This document shows, one piece after another, positions 43,018 through 55,195 of a stretch of DNA of 64,000 nucleotides. The translations under genes and the position numbers were made by a program. The notes under the pieces are model-generated. The model was given only the letters and a program-made list of their open reading frames with translations, had not been told where the DNA came from and ran no database searches. How positions within the stretch are numbered: the stretch's first letter is position 1; each line of letters starts with the position of its first letter. This DNA is from an uncultured Phycisphaerales bacterium. Its GTDB lineage: Bacteria; Planctomycetota; Phycisphaerae; Tepidisphaerales; Tepidisphaeraceae. The stretch lies in NCBI GenBank assembly GCA_963758525.1, contig CAVWVQ010000003.1:1504001-1568000 (forward strand). The letters are read 5' to 3'.

Positions 43018-43118
43018 CCACAAAAACACAAAAAACACAAAGGAAATGCGGGATGTTCGCTTAGACTCGCGCATCGACTCCACCTGAACCCTCCCCTGCT
43101 ACTCCGAGGGAGGGGACA
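43018..43118. repeat. Intergenic repeats: CACAAAA short tandem plus a further copy of the CCCTCCCC..GGGAGGGG palindrome
   Basis: ccacaaaaacacaaaaaacacaaagg at 43018-43043; aaccctcccctgctactccgagggaggggaca at 43087-43118. Confidence 0.7.
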
Positions 43119-43153
43119 GGCGAACCGCTCAATGGCACGGGTGCAGCGTGCCG

Positions 43154-45175
43154 TCATTTTTTGCCCTCGGCCGTGCTCTTTTCTTTCTTCTTGGCTTCCT
43201 GCGCGGACCCGGCAGCCTTGATTCGGGTGGAGATTTTTCCTTCGTTTTCGTCGACAGGCTTCAGGACAACAGTGCAGCGGCCGGGGATGTGCCAGCCTTC
43301 CTGCTCGGTGTCGAGCGGCGCGGTACCGGAGCCGCCGTATTCGGGGTCTTCCGTCGAGAGCACCTTTTGCCATCGTTTTCCGCGCGGCGGAGCGAGCAGA
43401 GGTTCTGGCGCGACCAACAAGGGAAGGTCGCGCTCGAGGTTGGTGACCACCAGCCAGTCGTTACCATCGTGCGCGAAGTAGCGGAGGAGCAATGCTCCCG
43501 GCCCAAGCACGGCGCCATCGATATCGCCGCGCTTTTGCACGCGACGAAACACTTCCTCGGATCTGCGCAGCTTCAGCAGATCCTTGTGCAACTGGTAGAC
43601 TTCCGCATGCATCGGCTTGTGCCGCTCCGACAGATCCAGCTTGCAGCGGAGGAACGTCTGCTCGTCGCTGGGATCGTGGAGACATGCCTGCATCTCCGTC
43701 GACGCCACGCTTGGAAACGCGCTGAGTTCCCTGGCACGGCCGGCGCAAATCAATTTGGACAGCTCGGGATTGTGATCGGCGAAGTAGAGAAACGGGCTGG
43801 ATGCCGCAAACTCCTGCCCCTGAAATAACATTGGCGTCTGCGGCATCAGCAGCCACAGGGCGGTCATTGCCTTCATTTGTCCAGGGGACGAGATCTGATG
43901 AACGCGATAACCCCGGCCGCTGTTGGCGACCTGGTCGTGATTCTGCAGGAAGTGTACGAACGCCGTCGGCGGCAAGTCGAGCGCGGGCGATCCGCGCCGA
44001 CGCTTTTGGAACGCGTACCGCTGGCCCTGGTAGAGGTAACCCCACTTGGCCGCGGAAATAAATTCCTGGGCCGTCCCAGGATGATCCATGTAATAGGCCT
44101 CAGAGTGACCCGACAGGGCAACCAGCGCACTGTGGTGAAAATCGTCATTCCACAGCGAGTCCATTCCATATCCCCCGGCCTCGGCAGATCGTACCAGGCG
44201 GGTGTGCTGCGGCTCATTCTCGTTGGTGATATAGAGGGATCGCCCCCCCGCGGCTTTGCGCACCGCCCGGTTGATTTCAGCAAGAATATGCTCGGGCGAA
44301 GTGTCGACAATCGCCTGCGTGGCGTCGAAGCGAAATCCATCGAGGTGAAACTCGGTGATCCAGTAGACCGCGTTGGTGACAAAAAATTCGCGAACGGGCT
44401 TGTCGTCGTGCCCGTCATAGTTGATCGCTTCACCCCAGTCGGTCTGATGTTCGGCGTTGAAATAGTTCTCGGCAAACTCGCGAAGGTAGTTCCCGTCGGG
44501 CCCGAAATGGTTGTAGACCAGATCGAGAATCACACCCAGACCCACTGCATGAGCGCGATCGACGAATCGCCGAAAATCATCCGGCGAGCCATATTGATGG
44601 AACGGGGCAAACAGATCGACGCCGTCGTAGCCCCATCCATACCTGCCGACGAATTCGTTCACCGGCATCACCTCCAGGCAGGTGATCCCCGCACTGTGAA
44701 GCTCCTCCAGTTCCCGGGCGGCGGCTTCCCAGGTTCCTTCCTGAGTGAAGGTGCCAATGTGCATTTCATACAAAACCTGCCCATGTGCGGGAACGCCCTT
44801 CCAGCTCTCGTCCGTCCAGCGAAACGCGGAGGGATCAATCACCCGAGACGGCCCGTGCGGGCCTTGCGGCTGGAATCGAGAGATGGGATCGGGAAACAGC
44901 GCCTTATTACCATCCAGGCGAAACCGGTAGAGCGTCCCGGCGTGGGCGTCGGGCGAGAAGCCGGAAAAGTAGCCATCCTTGTCTCGCTGAAGCTCGAGTG
45001 AGGCTTTGGCCGGGCCTTCGAGGACCACTTCCACCTTTGAACGTTTTGGCGACCAGACCCGGAAGTGGGTGCCGCTGGCGCCTTGCGGTTCGGCGCCCAC
45101 GGGCAGCCGACGGCGCGGCTGAGAAGTTCCTTCCACGCTGGCGGGTCGAGTTTCAGTAGCTCCGCGCGATGTCAC
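43154..45175 (-). CDS. treZ: Malto-oligosyltrehalose trehalohydrolase
   Basis: 'PDPISRFQPQGPHGPS', 'YEMHIGTFT', 'WGYDGV', 'DLVYNHFGPDGNY', 'GFRFDATQ', 'WNDDFHH', 'LQNHDQVAN'. Confidence 0.95.
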   Translation of the reverse strand: MTSRGATETRPASVEGTSQPRRRLPVGAEPQGASGTHFRVWSPKRSKVEVVLEGPAKASLELQRDKDGYFSGFSPDAHAGTLYRFRLDGNKALFPDPISRFQPQGPHGPSRVIDPSAFRWTDESWKGVPAHGQVLYEMHIGTFTQEGTWEAAARELEELHSAGITCLEVMPVNEFVGRYGWGYDGVDLFAPFHQYGSPDDFRRFVDRAHAVGLGVILDLVYNHFGPDGNYLREFAENYFNAEHQTDWGEAINYDGHDDKPVREFFVTNAVYWITEFHLDGFRFDATQAIVDTSPEHILAEINRAVRKAAGGRSLYITNENEPQHTRLVRSAEAGGYGMDSLWNDDFHHSALVALSGHSEAYYMDHPGTAQEFISAAKWGYLYQGQRYAFQKRRRGSPALDLPPTAFVHFLQNHDQVANSGRGYRVHQISSPGQMKAMTALWLLMPQTPMLFQGQEFAASSPFLYFADHNPELSKLICAGRARELSAFPSVASTEMQACLHDPSDEQTFLRCKLDLSERHKPMHAEVYQLHKDLLKLRRSEEVFRRVQKRGDIDGAVLGPGALLLRYFAHDGNDWLVVTNLERDLPLLVAPEPLLAPPRGKRWQKVLSTEDPEYGGSGTAPLDTEQEGWHIPGRCTVVLKPVDENEGKISTRIKAAGSAQEAKKKEKSTAEGKK

Positions 45176-45189
45176 GTCTTTCTCCTACT

Positions 45190-47421
45190 CTATGGAACCA
45201 GCGGCTCCTTGTGAGGCGCCGTCGGCGACGGCACGGGACGATTCGCTTCATGCCGGAGGGTATCGATCTGCGTGGACGACATCGTATCGGTCGCTTCTTC
45301 CGGACGGACGGTTCTGAGCAGCGCGACCGATCTCCCATAGAGAGGGAACTTCGTGCCGCCCTGCCGGATCTTCTCGATCGGCGGCCGATCGGGCTCGGCA
45401 GTATCGATGAGTGTCTGCCAGACATCGCCGCCAGTGGTTTCGGGAAGCTTGAAATCCAATTGCTCCCAATGGGCGTTAAGCAGAAGCAGGAGGGTATCGC
45501 CCTTGATTGGGTTCCCTTTTTCGTCCACGTCGATGAGCATGTCGCCCGCCAGACGCACACCCAGGGATTGAACGAACGGCGCCGACCAATGCTCATCGCT
45601 CATCTCGCCGCCGCCCGGCTCGAAGAAGGAGATGTCCTTGATTCCCTCCCCGCGAATCGCCCTGCCGAGGAAAAACTTTCGCCTCTGCAGCGTCGGCTGC
45701 TCCGCCCAGATGCACGTGCATCGGCACACAAAATCGAAGAACGCCTTCTGCCGATCGTCGAGCTTCCAGTTGAGCCACGTCAGCTCATTATCCTGGCAAA
45801 ACGTGTTGTTATTCCCTTTTTTAGTGTGACTCAGCTCGTCGCCGCCGAGGATCATCGGGACGCCTTGCGAAAACATCAGGGTCGCGATCAGATTTCGCTT
45901 CTGCCGCTCCCGCAGGGCGATAATACCCGGATCATCCGTCGGCCCTTCGACTCCGCAGTTCCATGAGTCGTTGGAGTCGGAGCCGTCGCGGTTGTCTTCG
46001 CCGTTGGCCTCGTTGTGCTTCTTCTCATAGCTGACGAGATCCTGCAGCGAAAATCCGTCGTGCGCGGTGAGGAAATTGATGCTCGCATACGGCTTTCGTC
46101 CGTTGGCCTCATAGAGGTCGCTGCTGCCGGCCAGGCGTGTCGCCAGATCGCGGACGAGGCCGCCATCTCCTTTCCAGAATCGGCGGACGTTGTCGCGATA
46201 CAAGCCGTTCCATTCGGTCCAGAGCACCGGAAAATTTCCCACCTGATACCCGCCGGGCCCGACATCCCATGGCTCGGCGATGAGCTTTACCTGCGACAGA
46301 ATCGGATCCTGATGGATGATGTCGAGGAACGCGCTGAGCTTGTTCACCCCGTGCAATTCGCGGGCGAGCGTCGACGCAAGATCGAAGCGGAAGCCGTCCA
46401 CGTGCATTTCGAGCACCCAATAGCGCAGGCTGTCCATGATCAATTGCAACACGCGCGGCTGGATCATGTTCAGCGTGTTGCCGCAACCGGTGAAATCCAT
46501 GTTGTATCGCGCGGACTCAGGGGAAAGCCGGTAATAGTTGAAGTTGTCGATTCCGCGGAAAGAGAGGGTTGGCCCCAGGTGATTCCCTTCGCAGGTGTGG
46601 TTGTAGACCACGTCGAGGATCACTTCGATACCGGCCGCGTGCAACGTGCGGACCATGGTCTTGAACTCGCGGACCGATTCGTGCGCGGTGATGCGCGAAG
46701 AGTATTCGCGGTGCGGAGCAAAGTAGTTCAGGGTGTTATAGCCCCAGTAGTTGGTGAGGTTCTTCTCCAGGAGGTTCCGGTCGTCCATATGGGCATGGAC
46801 TGGCAGCAGCTCAATCGCGGTGACGCCCAATTTCTTTAGGTGCGCGATCACCGGCTCCGACATCACCCCGCTGTAAGTGCCGCGGCGATCCTCCTCCACC
46901 TCCGGATGGAGCATGCTCAGCCCCTTCACGTGGGCCTCGTAAATCAACGTTTTGTGCCAGGGGGTATTGGGACGCCGATCGTCGCCCCACGTGAACGCCG
47001 TGTCGATCGTGGCCCCCAGCGGGCAAAACGCGGCATCGTCCCGGTCGTCAAAGGTCAGATCATCCGTCCCGACTTTGTATCCAAAGAGCGAGTCATCCCA
47101 CTTGGCAGACCGACCAATGGCCTTCGCATAGGGGTCGAGCAGGACCTTATTGTGGTTGAAACGATGGCCCTTCTCCGGCTCGTAGGGGCCGTGGACGCGG
47201 TAGCCGTACAGTTGTCCGGGGTCGACCGACGGGAGATAACCGTGCCAGATCATGTCGGTTTGTTCCGGCAACACGATGCTTTGGCTGTGCTGCGTCGCTT
47301 CCGCGTTGTCAAACAAACATAGTTCGACTTTGGTCGCATGCTCCGAAAAAAGGGCAAAGTTGACCCCGGCACCGTCGAAGGTCGCGCCCAGAGGATATGG
47401 TCGGCCAGGGAGTACTTTCAT
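45190..47421 (-). CDS. glgX: Glycogen debranching enzyme (isoamylase type)
   Basis: '[10 protein letters not shown]...GVNFALFS', 'NYWGYNT', 'DVVYNHT', 'DGFRFDLA', 'IAEPWD', 'TAHDGF'. Start set at ATG 47421. Confidence 0.96.
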   Translation of the reverse strand: MKVLPGRPYPLGATFDGAGVNFALFSEHATKVELCLFDNAEATQHSQSIVLPEQTDMIWHGYLPSVDPGQLYGYRVHGPYEPEKGHRFNHNKVLLDPYAKAIGRSAKWDDSLFGYKVGTDDLTFDDRDDAAFCPLGATIDTAFTWGDDRRPNTPWHKTLIYEAHVKGLSMLHPEVEEDRRGTYSGVMSEPVIAHLKKLGVTAIELLPVHAHMDDRNLLEKNLTNYWGYNTLNYFAPHREYSSRITAHESVREFKTMVRTLHAAGIEVILDVVYNHTCEGNHLGPTLSFRGIDNFNYYRLSPESARYNMDFTGCGNTLNMIQPRVLQLIMDSLRYWVLEMHVDGFRFDLASTLARELHGVNKLSAFLDIIHQDPILSQVKLIAEPWDVGPGGYQVGNFPVLWTEWNGLYRDNVRRFWKGDGGLVRDLATRLAGSSDLYEANGRKPYASINFLTAHDGFSLQDLVSYEKKHNEANGEDNRDGSDSNDSWNCGVEGPTDDPGIIALRERQKRNLIATLMFSQGVPMILGGDELSHTKKGNNNTFCQDNELTWLNWKLDDRQKAFFDFVCRCTCIWAEQPTLQRRKFFLGRAIRGEGIKDISFFEPGGGEMSDEHWSAPFVQSLGVRLAGDMLIDVDEKGNPIKGDTLLLLLNAHWEQLDFKLPETTGGDVWQTLIDTAEPDRPPIEKIRQGGTKFPLYGRSVALLRTVRPEEATDTMSSTQIDTLRHEANRPVPSPTAPHKEPLVP

Positions 47422-47478
47422 GCAGAATTCCTTATTGCTGGCAGCTTGGGCCGAAAACAGCGGCTCCGCGGAGAAAAG

Positions 47479-47498
47479 CCGCGGATGTACATCCGCGG
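47479..47498. repeat. Perfect 20-bp palindrome in the glgX/glgE divergent region (REP-like or operator)
   Basis: ccgcggatgtacatccgcgg. Confidence 0.7.
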
Positions 47499-47645
47499 GT
47501 ACGAGCGTCAATCGCCAAATTGAACGAGAACTGCTCAAGTCGGACCTTAGCGGTTCACATTCGCGGTGACTGCGCACAAAAATCGTGCCTGCGCGAAGAT
47601 TTTTGGCGTTCCCCAAACCGCGCCACCAACGTTTATTGTGATCCG

Positions 47646-49679
47646 ATGATCAGTGGTTCAGCGGCCCCGGTAACTCGTCGATCCGATCGGCAGATGGGAA
47701 ATATGCCCCCAACTGGCCGCTGCCGTGCTGTGATCGAGAATATTGCGCCGTCAGTAGATGGTGGGCGCTTCGCCGCCAAGAGCTCGGTTGGCGAGACAGT
47801 CCGCGTTTTTGCCGACGCCTTTGCCGACGGGCATACGCAAATCCGCGTTGTCATTCAGCACCGGGCGGAGAACGCCGGTGAGTGGCGTCAGGTTGAAATG
47901 ACGCCGCTGCTCAATGACCGATGGGTCGGCGAGTTTGAGGTGTATGCGAGCGGAGTGCATGAGTTTTCGGTCGCTTCATGGGTCGACCATTTTGGCACCT
48001 GGCAGCGCGATCTGAAAAAGCGGATCACCGCCGACGAAGTGCAGGACATTGATCTGGCTGTCGGCGCGCAGCTCGTCAAGGAGGCGGCTGTTGCCTGCGA
48101 CGGCGAGGCCGCACGCCGCCTGCACGCGTTTGCCACTTTTTTGCTGTCTAACCGGCGAGGCGAGGCGATCGAAGCCGCAGTCGGCGCAGAACTCACGAAC
48201 CTCATGCGTGAACATGCACCGCGGCCTTTCGTCGCAGTGCAACCAGGATCAAAGATCGTCGTTGATCCTGTCCGCGGGCGATTCAGCAGTTGGTATGAAT
48301 TATTTCCCCGCTCAGCGTCGACAGATGCTTCGAAGCCGGGAACGTTGCAAGACGTGGAGAAACGGCTGGATGTCATTGGCGCGATGGGATTTGACGTGCT
48401 GTACCTTCCGCCGATCCATCCGATTGGAGATACCTTCCGCAAAGGCCGAAATAATTCCCCCGCAGCCAGGCCGGGCGACGTGGGGAGCCCCTGGGCGATC
48501 GGAGGAGCCGCAGGCGGGCACGACGCCATCGATCCGCGACTGGGCACGCTTGACGATTTCGATCTCCTGGTGAAGTCCGCTTCGCAGCGCGGCATGGATA
48601 TCGCGATGGATATCGCGTTCCAGTGTTCGCCCGACCACCCTTATGTGCGCGAGCATCCGGACTGGTTTCTGCACCGCCCGGACGGCACGATTCAATACGC
48701 GGAAAACCCGCCCAAGAAATATCAGGACATTTATCCGTTCGACTTCGAATGCGACGACTGGGTCGGGCTTTGGAATGAACTGCTTCGCGTCGTCCTCTTC
48801 TGGCACGGTCACGGCATCCGCACCTTCCGCGTCGATAATCCCCACACCAAGCCTTTCCCGTTTTGGGAATGGCTCATCGCGGAAGTGAAACGGCGCGACC
48901 CGGATGTCATCTTCCTTGCCGAGGCGTTTACCCGTCCCAAGGTCATGAATCGCCTCGCGAAGCTCGGGTTCACGCAGTCGTATACTTATTTCACCTGGCG
49001 GAACGATCCGTGGAACATCCGCAAGTATTACACCGAATTGACCACGCCGCCGATGGTCGATTTTTTCCGGCCCAACGCGTGGCCCAACACGCCTGATATT
49101 CTGCCGGAGTATCTGCAGTCCGGCGCGCGGGCCGCCTACATCGTGCGGGTGGTGCTGGCGGCGACGCTGTCGGCCTCCTACGGAGTTTACGGGCCGGTGT
49201 TTGAGCTGATGGAGGGCCGGCCGTTGAAGCCCGGCGGCGAAGAGTATCTCGACTCCGAAAAGTATGAGGCCCGCCATTGGGACCTGGACCGCCCCGATTC
49301 GCTGGCCGACCTGCTGGCTCGGTTGAACCGGATCCGTCGGGACAATGTCGCGCTGCAACACGATCGCGGCCTGGAGTTTCACGATCCGGACAATTCCTCC
49401 GTGGTCTGCTACAGCAAGGCGCACGGGGACAATGTGATTCTGGTCATGGTCAACACCGATCCGTTTCATACGCACTGGGCCAACATCAAACTCAATCTCA
49501 CCGCGTTGAATCTCACAGCCGGTCAGGCCTACCAGGTTCACGATCTGCTGACTGGCGCCCGCTATCGCTGGCAAGGCGAATGGGGAATCGTGAAGCTCGA
49601 GCCCGGCGTCAATCCGGCCCACGTCTTTGCCATTCGACGCTACGCCCGAACCGAACATGACTTCGACTATTTCACCTGA
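47646..49679 (+). CDS. glgE: Alpha-1,4-glucan:maltose-1-phosphate maltosyltransferase
   Basis: 'FADGH', 'WYELFPRS', 'YLPPIHPIG...RKGRNN', '[14 protein letters not shown]', '[10 protein letters not shown]', 'FLAEAFTRP', 'NTPDIL'. Start uncertain (47646, 47694 or 47703). Confidence 0.96.
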   Translation: MISGSAAPVTRRSDRQMGNMPPTGRCRAVIENIAPSVDGGRFAAKSSVGETVRVFADAFADGHTQIRVVIQHRAENAGEWRQVEMTPLLNDRWVGEFEVYASGVHEFSVASWVDHFGTWQRDLKKRITADEVQDIDLAVGAQLVKEAAVACDGEAARRLHAFATFLLSNRRGEAIEAAVGAELTNLMREHAPRPFVAVQPGSKIVVDPVRGRFSSWYELFPRSASTDASKPGTLQDVEKRLDVIGAMGFDVLYLPPIHPIGDTFRKGRNNSPAARPGDVGSPWAIGGAAGGHDAIDPRLGTLDDFDLLVKSASQRGMDIAMDIAFQCSPDHPYVREHPDWFLHRPDGTIQYAENPPKKYQDIYPFDFECDDWVGLWNELLRVVLFWHGHGIRTFRVDNPHTKPFPFWEWLIAEVKRRDPDVIFLAEAFTRPKVMNRLAKLGFTQSYTYFTWRNDPWNIRKYYTELTTPPMVDFFRPNAWPNTPDILPEYLQSGARAAYIVRVVLAATLSASYGVYGPVFELMEGRPLKPGGEEYLDSEKYEARHWDLDRPDSLADLLARLNRIRRDNVALQHDRGLEFHDPDNSSVVCYSKAHGDNVILVMVNTDPFHTHWANIKLNLTALNLTAGQAYQVHDLLTGARYRWQGEWGIVKLEPGVNPAHVFAIRRYARTEHDFDYFT

Positions 49680-49700
49680 ACCCGGCGATCGCGAGCACGC

Positions 49701-52700
49701 ATGACCGAGGCACCCTCACAACTGTTGGATCAACCGGCGGCCCCCGCGGTCGGCACCGTGCTCTGGTATCGCAACGCGATCATCTATCAGATGCACGTCC
49801 GCTCTTTCAGCGACAGCAACGGCGACGGAATCGGCGACTTTGCCGGGCTGATCTCGAAGCTCGACTACCTGCAGGATCTGGGTATCACCGCGATCTGGCT
49901 GCTTCCGTTTTATCCGTCGCCGCTCAAAGACGACGGGTACGACATCGCCGACTACACCACGGTCAACCCGATGTACGGCTCGATCGACGATGTGCGCCGT
50001 TTCATCGCCGAAGCCCATCGCCGGCAAATTCGCGTGATCACCGAACTGGTGATCAATCACACTTCCGACCAGCATCCATGGTTTCAACGCGCCCGGCGGG
50101 CCCCAAAGGGAAGTCCGGAGCGGGCCTTCTACGTCTGGAGCGACACTCCCGAAAAATATGCGGGCGTGCGGATCATTTTCAAGGATTTCGAGCCGAGCAA
50201 CTGGTCATTCGACCACGTGGCGGGGCAGTATTACTGGCACCGTTTTTTTAATCATCAACCAGATCTGAACTTCGATAACCCGGCAGTGCATGCCGCGGTG
50301 CTCGACGTCTGTGATTTCTGGATGGCGGCGGGGGTCGATGGCGTCCGGCTCGATGCGATTCCCTACCTGTATGAACGAGAGGGGACCAGTTGCGAAAATC
50401 TTGCCGAGACCCACGCGTATCTCCGCATGCTCCGCAAGCACGTCGACACGCATTGGCCTGGACGCGTGCTGCTGGCGGAAGCGAATCAATGGCCTGATGA
50501 GGCGTCGGCATACTTTGGCGCGGGCGACGGCGACGAATGCCACATGAACTTCCACTTTCCCCTCATGCCCCGGCTGTTCATGTCGCTGCGGATGGAAGAG
50601 CGCTATCCGATTATCGATATTCTCGAGCAAACACCCCCGATTCCCGCCACCGCCCAATGGGCGATGTTTCTGCGCAATCATGACGAGCTCACGCTGGAGA
50701 TGGTGACCGACGAGGAGCGCGACTACATGTGGCGCGTCTACGCGTCCGACCCCGCCGCCAGAATCAACCTCGGAATTCGCCGCCGGCTGGCTCCGCTCCT
50801 GGACAATAATCGGCGGAAAATCGAGTTGATGAACGCGCTGCTGTTCTCCATGCCGGGAACGCCCGTGATCTATTACGGCGACGAAATCGGCATGGGAGAC
50901 AACATCTTTCTTGGCGATCGCAATGGTGTGCGAACGCCGATGCAGTGGAGCTCCGATCGCAACGCGGGCTTCTCGCGGGCCAATCCGCAGCGGCTGTTTC
51001 TGCCGGTCGTGATCGATCCGGAATATCACTACGAAACGATCAACGTCGAAGCCCAATCGTCGAACTCTTCGTCATTGCTCTGGTGGATGAAACGCCTCAT
51101 CGCGTTGCGCAATCACCATCCGGTTTTTGGCGATGGCGAGATCAAGTTCCTGAACCCCTCCAACACGAAAGTCCTCGCCTTTATCCGGCGCAACGACCGG
51201 GAACATATTCTCGTGGTCGTGAATCTGTCGCGCTTTGCACAACCGGTGGACCTCGATTTGTCGGAATATCGCGGCGGAGTGCCCGTGGAGATGTTCGGAA
51301 ACGTTCACTTCCCGGCGGTGGGCGAAAGCGGTCATTATTCGCTTTCGGTCGGCTCGCACGCGTTCTACTGGTTCATGCTCAAGCGGGCTGAAAGCACGGT
51401 GGCCGACGCGGCGGCGCTGCCGCCCGCGAGCATCGACATCAGCGGAGAGCTCGGCCTCAACTCCGGCGCGCTGGACCGCGCGATCGAAGCGCGATTGCCA
51501 CTGCTGCTGCCGAAACGGCGGTGGTTTGTTTCAAAAGCCAAGTCCATTCGTGCCACCCGGATTGTCGGGCGTCTGCCGATTGCGCCGCAGAAGTCGATAT
51601 TCGTGATCAGCGTGGAGTTCGCGGAGGGCGAACCGGAAATCTACGCGCTGCCCCTGTCGATCCAGGCCGATGCATCTGCCAGCCTGGAGCCAAGCGCCTT
51701 CCTGCAGGTTATGGACGTGGCGCGCAAGCGATGGATCGTCGCCGATGGAATGGCTGATCTCGATTTGCGCGGCTGTTGCTGCGGATGGCGATGGAAGGAC
51801 GCGAGATTCTCAGTTCAGGTATTCGCCTGGCCGGGCGCCGGATCGGCACCAGTGCCATCCCGCTGCCCGATCTGGCGACGATTCCCGCAGTAATGCCGAA
51901 GGTCGAACAGAGCAACAGCAATGTGGTCTTCGGCGATCAATTGATCTTCAAGCTGTACCGCCGGCTCGGGGAGGGGATGAACCCGGAGCTGGAAATCGGT
52001 GAGCACCTCACCTCCAAAGCGCACTTCGCCAACACCGCGCCGCTGGCGGCAGCAATCGAGCTGCAGGGTGTCCGCGGCAGCATCACTCCCCAGACGCTCG
52101 GGCTGGTGCTGACCTTCGTCGCCAACCAGGGCGATGCCTGGCATACGTTTGTCGATCACGCACAGCGCGATTTCGAGGCGCTGGGCGCGCTGACCGCCGA
52201 GCAGATGAGCGCACTCTGCACGCCTGCGGATGGAGGATGCGCGGGCGATGGAACGGAAGTTCCGCCCGCCGTCCAATCCGTCATCGGCGCTCCGCTCGGA
52301 CTCGTGCGACTCCTGGGGCAGCGCACCGCCGAGATGCATGCGGCGCTGGCCGATGATCATCTCGATCCCGCCTTTGCGCCCGAGCCATACAGCGTCAACT
52401 ATCAGCGCCTTCTTTTCCAATCGATGCGAAACACGACGCGGTCGGCGATGCAGGCGCTGTCGCAACGTGTGTCAACCTTGACCGGTGAAGCGAGCGAAAT
52501 GGGCCGGTGGCTCCTGGCGAACGATCGCGCCGTCCTTGAGATGTTCCGCAAACTGACGAGCCTGCCGGTCGGCGTGCCGCGCATCCGCATTCACGGAGAT
52601 TATCACCTCGGCCAAGTTCTATGGACGGGCAAGGACTTCATCATCATCGATTTTGAAGGCGAACCGCTGCGCTCGGTGGGCGAGCGCCGGCTCAAGCGAT

Positions 52701-53059
52701 CGCCCATGCGCGACGTCGCAGGCATGGTCCGAAGCTTCGACTATGCCTCCTGGACGGCATTGCGTCTGCACCGAAAGCTGCTCCCCCCAGAAACCGGCAG
52801 CAGCGAACGCGATGTGCCCGGCGCCAAGCTCTGGTCCGGGTGGCTGAGCCGCGAATTTGTCCGCGCCTATACCGTCCGGCTGCGCGAGCTGCGCGAGGAT
52901 CTGGTCTGGGAGAATCTGGCCGAGACGGAACTGGTGCTGCGATGCTGGGTGCTGGAAAAAGCGCTCTACGAGGTGAGCTACGAGCTCAATTCACGACCAG
53001 ATTGGGTGGAGATTCCATTGCGGGCAATTGTGGACATCATTAAGGATGGAAAGCCATGA
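49701..53059 (+). CDS. treS: Trehalose synthase-maltokinase fusion (frameshift near 51758)
   Basis: TreS motifs 'ELVINHTSDQH', 'RLDAIPY', 'LAEANQ', 'FLRNHDELTLEMVT'. Maltokinase motifs 'EQSNSNVV', 'IHGDYHLGQVL', 'IIDFEGEP', 'KALYEVSYELN.RPDW'. Restoring one C gives 'DPRFARLLL'. Confidence 0.92.
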
Positions 53060-55008
53060 GCGCGTCGGTCGAGCCCACGCAAATGAAAGTTGTCTCGCAA
53101 TCCGGCGAATGCCCGCCGGCCGAGCTTGGCGATCAGGACATTTACTTCTTCAATGAAGGCACGCACAGACGGCTGTATGAAAAGCTGGGAGCGCATTGTC
53201 TGCCGAGCGGCGGCGTCCATTTTGCGCTCTGGGCGCCCAATGCGGATCGCGTTGCAGTCATCGGCGACTTTAATGACTGGGATCAACGTCGAAATCCGAT
53301 GCAGTTGGTCGGCTCATCGGGCGTGTGGGAGGCATCCGTCCCCGATGCTCGCATCGGGTCGTTGTATAAGTTTCACATCGTCTCAAAAGTGAACGGGTAC
53401 GAAGTCGACAAGGTCGATCCGTTTGGTTTCCAGCATGCGCCGGCGCCGCGAAAAGAATCGATTGTGCGCCGGCTCGACTACGAATGGCAGGATCAGCAAT
53501 GGATGAGCGGCCGCGGCGCGCGGCAGAAGCCTAATGATCCAATCAGCGTTTATGAAGTGCATCTTGGCTCATGGATCCGTGTTCCCGAGGAGGAGAACCG
53601 CTGGCCAACCTATCGCGAGCTGGCGCCGAAGCTGGCTGACTATCTGATCGATCGCGGCTTCACGCATGTCGAATTCATGCCGGTCACGGAACACCCGTTT
53701 TACGGTTCATGGGGATACCAGACCACCGGCTACTTCGCGCCCACCAGCCGATATGGATCGCCTCAGGACCTGATGTTCCTCATTGACTATCTGCACCAGC
53801 GCGGCATCGGCGTGATTCTCGACTGGGTCCCCTCCCACTTCCCCGAAGACCAGCACGGCCTGGCGTTCTTCGACGGCACCCATCTCTTCGAGCACCAGGA
53901 CCAGCGGCAGGGATTTCACCCCGACTGGAAAACCGCCATCTTCAACTACGGCCGCCATGAGGTGCGGGCGTTTCTGCTTTCCAGCGCGCTCTTCTGGCTG
54001 GAGAAATATCACGTTGATGGGCTGCGCGTCGACGCCGTCGCGTCGATGCTGTATCTGGATTATGGACGTCGGCCCGGCGAATGGATTCCCAATGCCCTGG
54101 GCGGAAGAGAAAACCTCGAGGCCGTTGCGTTCCTTCAGCAGTTCAATCGCGAAGTGTCTGCCGTCTTCCCCGACGTGCTGACTATCGCGGAGGAATCCAC
54201 CGCCTGGCCCAAAGTCACCGCGCCGGTCAGCGACGGCGGGCTTGGATTTTCGCTCAAATGGGACATGGGATGGATGAACGACACGCTGCGTTATTTCAAG
54301 AACGATCCGATCTATCGAAAATACCATCACGGCGATCTGACCTTCCGCAGCGTCTATCAATTTGCCGAGAAGTATCTTCTGCCGCTCTCGCACGATGAGG
54401 TGGTTCACGGCAAGAGCTCGTTGCTGGGCCGCATGCCCGGCGATGTTTGGCAGAAATTTGCCAATCTTCGGCTGTTGCTGGTGAATCAATTCACCCAGCC
54501 CGGCAAGAAGTTGCTATTCATGGGTTGCGAGCTCGGCCAATGGGCGGAATGGAACCACGACGCCAGTCTCGACTGGAACCTGCTCGACTGGCCGTCGCAC
54601 CGCGGAGTTCAAAAGCTCGTCGACGACTTAAATCGTCTCTATCGGCAGCAGCCCGCGCTGCACCAGGGCGATTGCCAATCATCGGGTTTCGACTGGTTGA
54701 ATCCCGACGACGGCGCCCAGAGCACGATCGCCTTCCTCCGCCTCGGCGCAACCGCCAAAGACGTCGTTCTGATCGCGATCAACTACACTCCCGTGCCCCG
54801 GCAGAACTACCGCGTCGGCCTGCCCTTCGGCGGGACTTGGCGCGAGCTATTGAACAGCGATGCCAAAATCTACTGGGGCAGCGGCCAGGGAAACCTCGGC
54901 GAAATCGAAGCCTCCCCGATGCCCTACCACAAATGGCCCAAGTCGCTGACGCTGACGCTCCCGCCGCTGGGGGCGGTGATTCTGCAGCCTGGGGGGGTAG
55001 GGAAATAG
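53056..55008 (+). CDS. glgB: 1,4-alpha-glucan branching enzyme
   Basis: 'YEVHLGSW', 'SWGYQ', 'DWVPSHFP', 'GLRVDAVASMLY', 'AEEST', 'LSHDEVVHGK'. Confidence 0.97.
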   Translation: MSASVEPTQMKVVSQSGECPPAELGDQDIYFFNEGTHRRLYEKLGAHCLPSGGVHFALWAPNADRVAVIGDFNDWDQRRNPMQLVGSSGVWEASVPDARIGSLYKFHIVSKVNGYEVDKVDPFGFQHAPAPRKESIVRRLDYEWQDQQWMSGRGARQKPNDPISVYEVHLGSWIRVPEEENRWPTYRELAPKLADYLIDRGFTHVEFMPVTEHPFYGSWGYQTTGYFAPTSRYGSPQDLMFLIDYLHQRGIGVILDWVPSHFPEDQHGLAFFDGTHLFEHQDQRQGFHPDWKTAIFNYGRHEVRAFLLSSALFWLEKYHVDGLRVDAVASMLYLDYGRRPGEWIPNALGGRENLEAVAFLQQFNREVSAVFPDVLTIAEESTAWPKVTAPVSDGGLGFSLKWDMGWMNDTLRYFKNDPIYRKYHHGDLTFRSVYQFAEKYLLPLSHDEVVHGKSSLLGRMPGDVWQKFANLRLLLVNQFTQPGKKLLFMGCELGQWAEWNHDASLDWNLLDWPSHRGVQKLVDDLNRLYRQQPALHQGDCQSSGFDWLNPDDGAQSTIAFLRLGATAKDVVLIAINYTPVPRQNYRVGLPFGGTWRELLNSDAKIYWGSGQGNLGEIEASPMPYHKWPKSLTLTLPPLGAVILQPGGVGK

Positions 55009-55195
55009 CAGTGGCGTGCGTCTGACCGCTGTAGTTCACCCGGCGCAACATGCTCGCCAAGCGCCTCGACTATCTATGTGAAAGATCCGACTGGGCTCTG
55101 CTTCCGATTCTGGCGGTCCCTCGATGACCCGAAGCGGCGCTGGAACCCTAGTAGCGATTGATCAAAAGCAAATAATCCCGATCGCAGCAATTCGC

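Noticed and set aside
47422..47645. Overlapping N-terminal extensions of glgX (to 47616) and glgE (from 47397)
   Set aside because: They overlap each other and a palindrome; conserved sequence begins later in both genes.
48312..49658. Long antisense ORFs (e.g. 48312..49658, 23178..24365, 25489..26631, 43877..45001, 27565..28500)
   Set aside because: Shadow frames of real genes, expected in high-GC DNA; no recognisable motifs.
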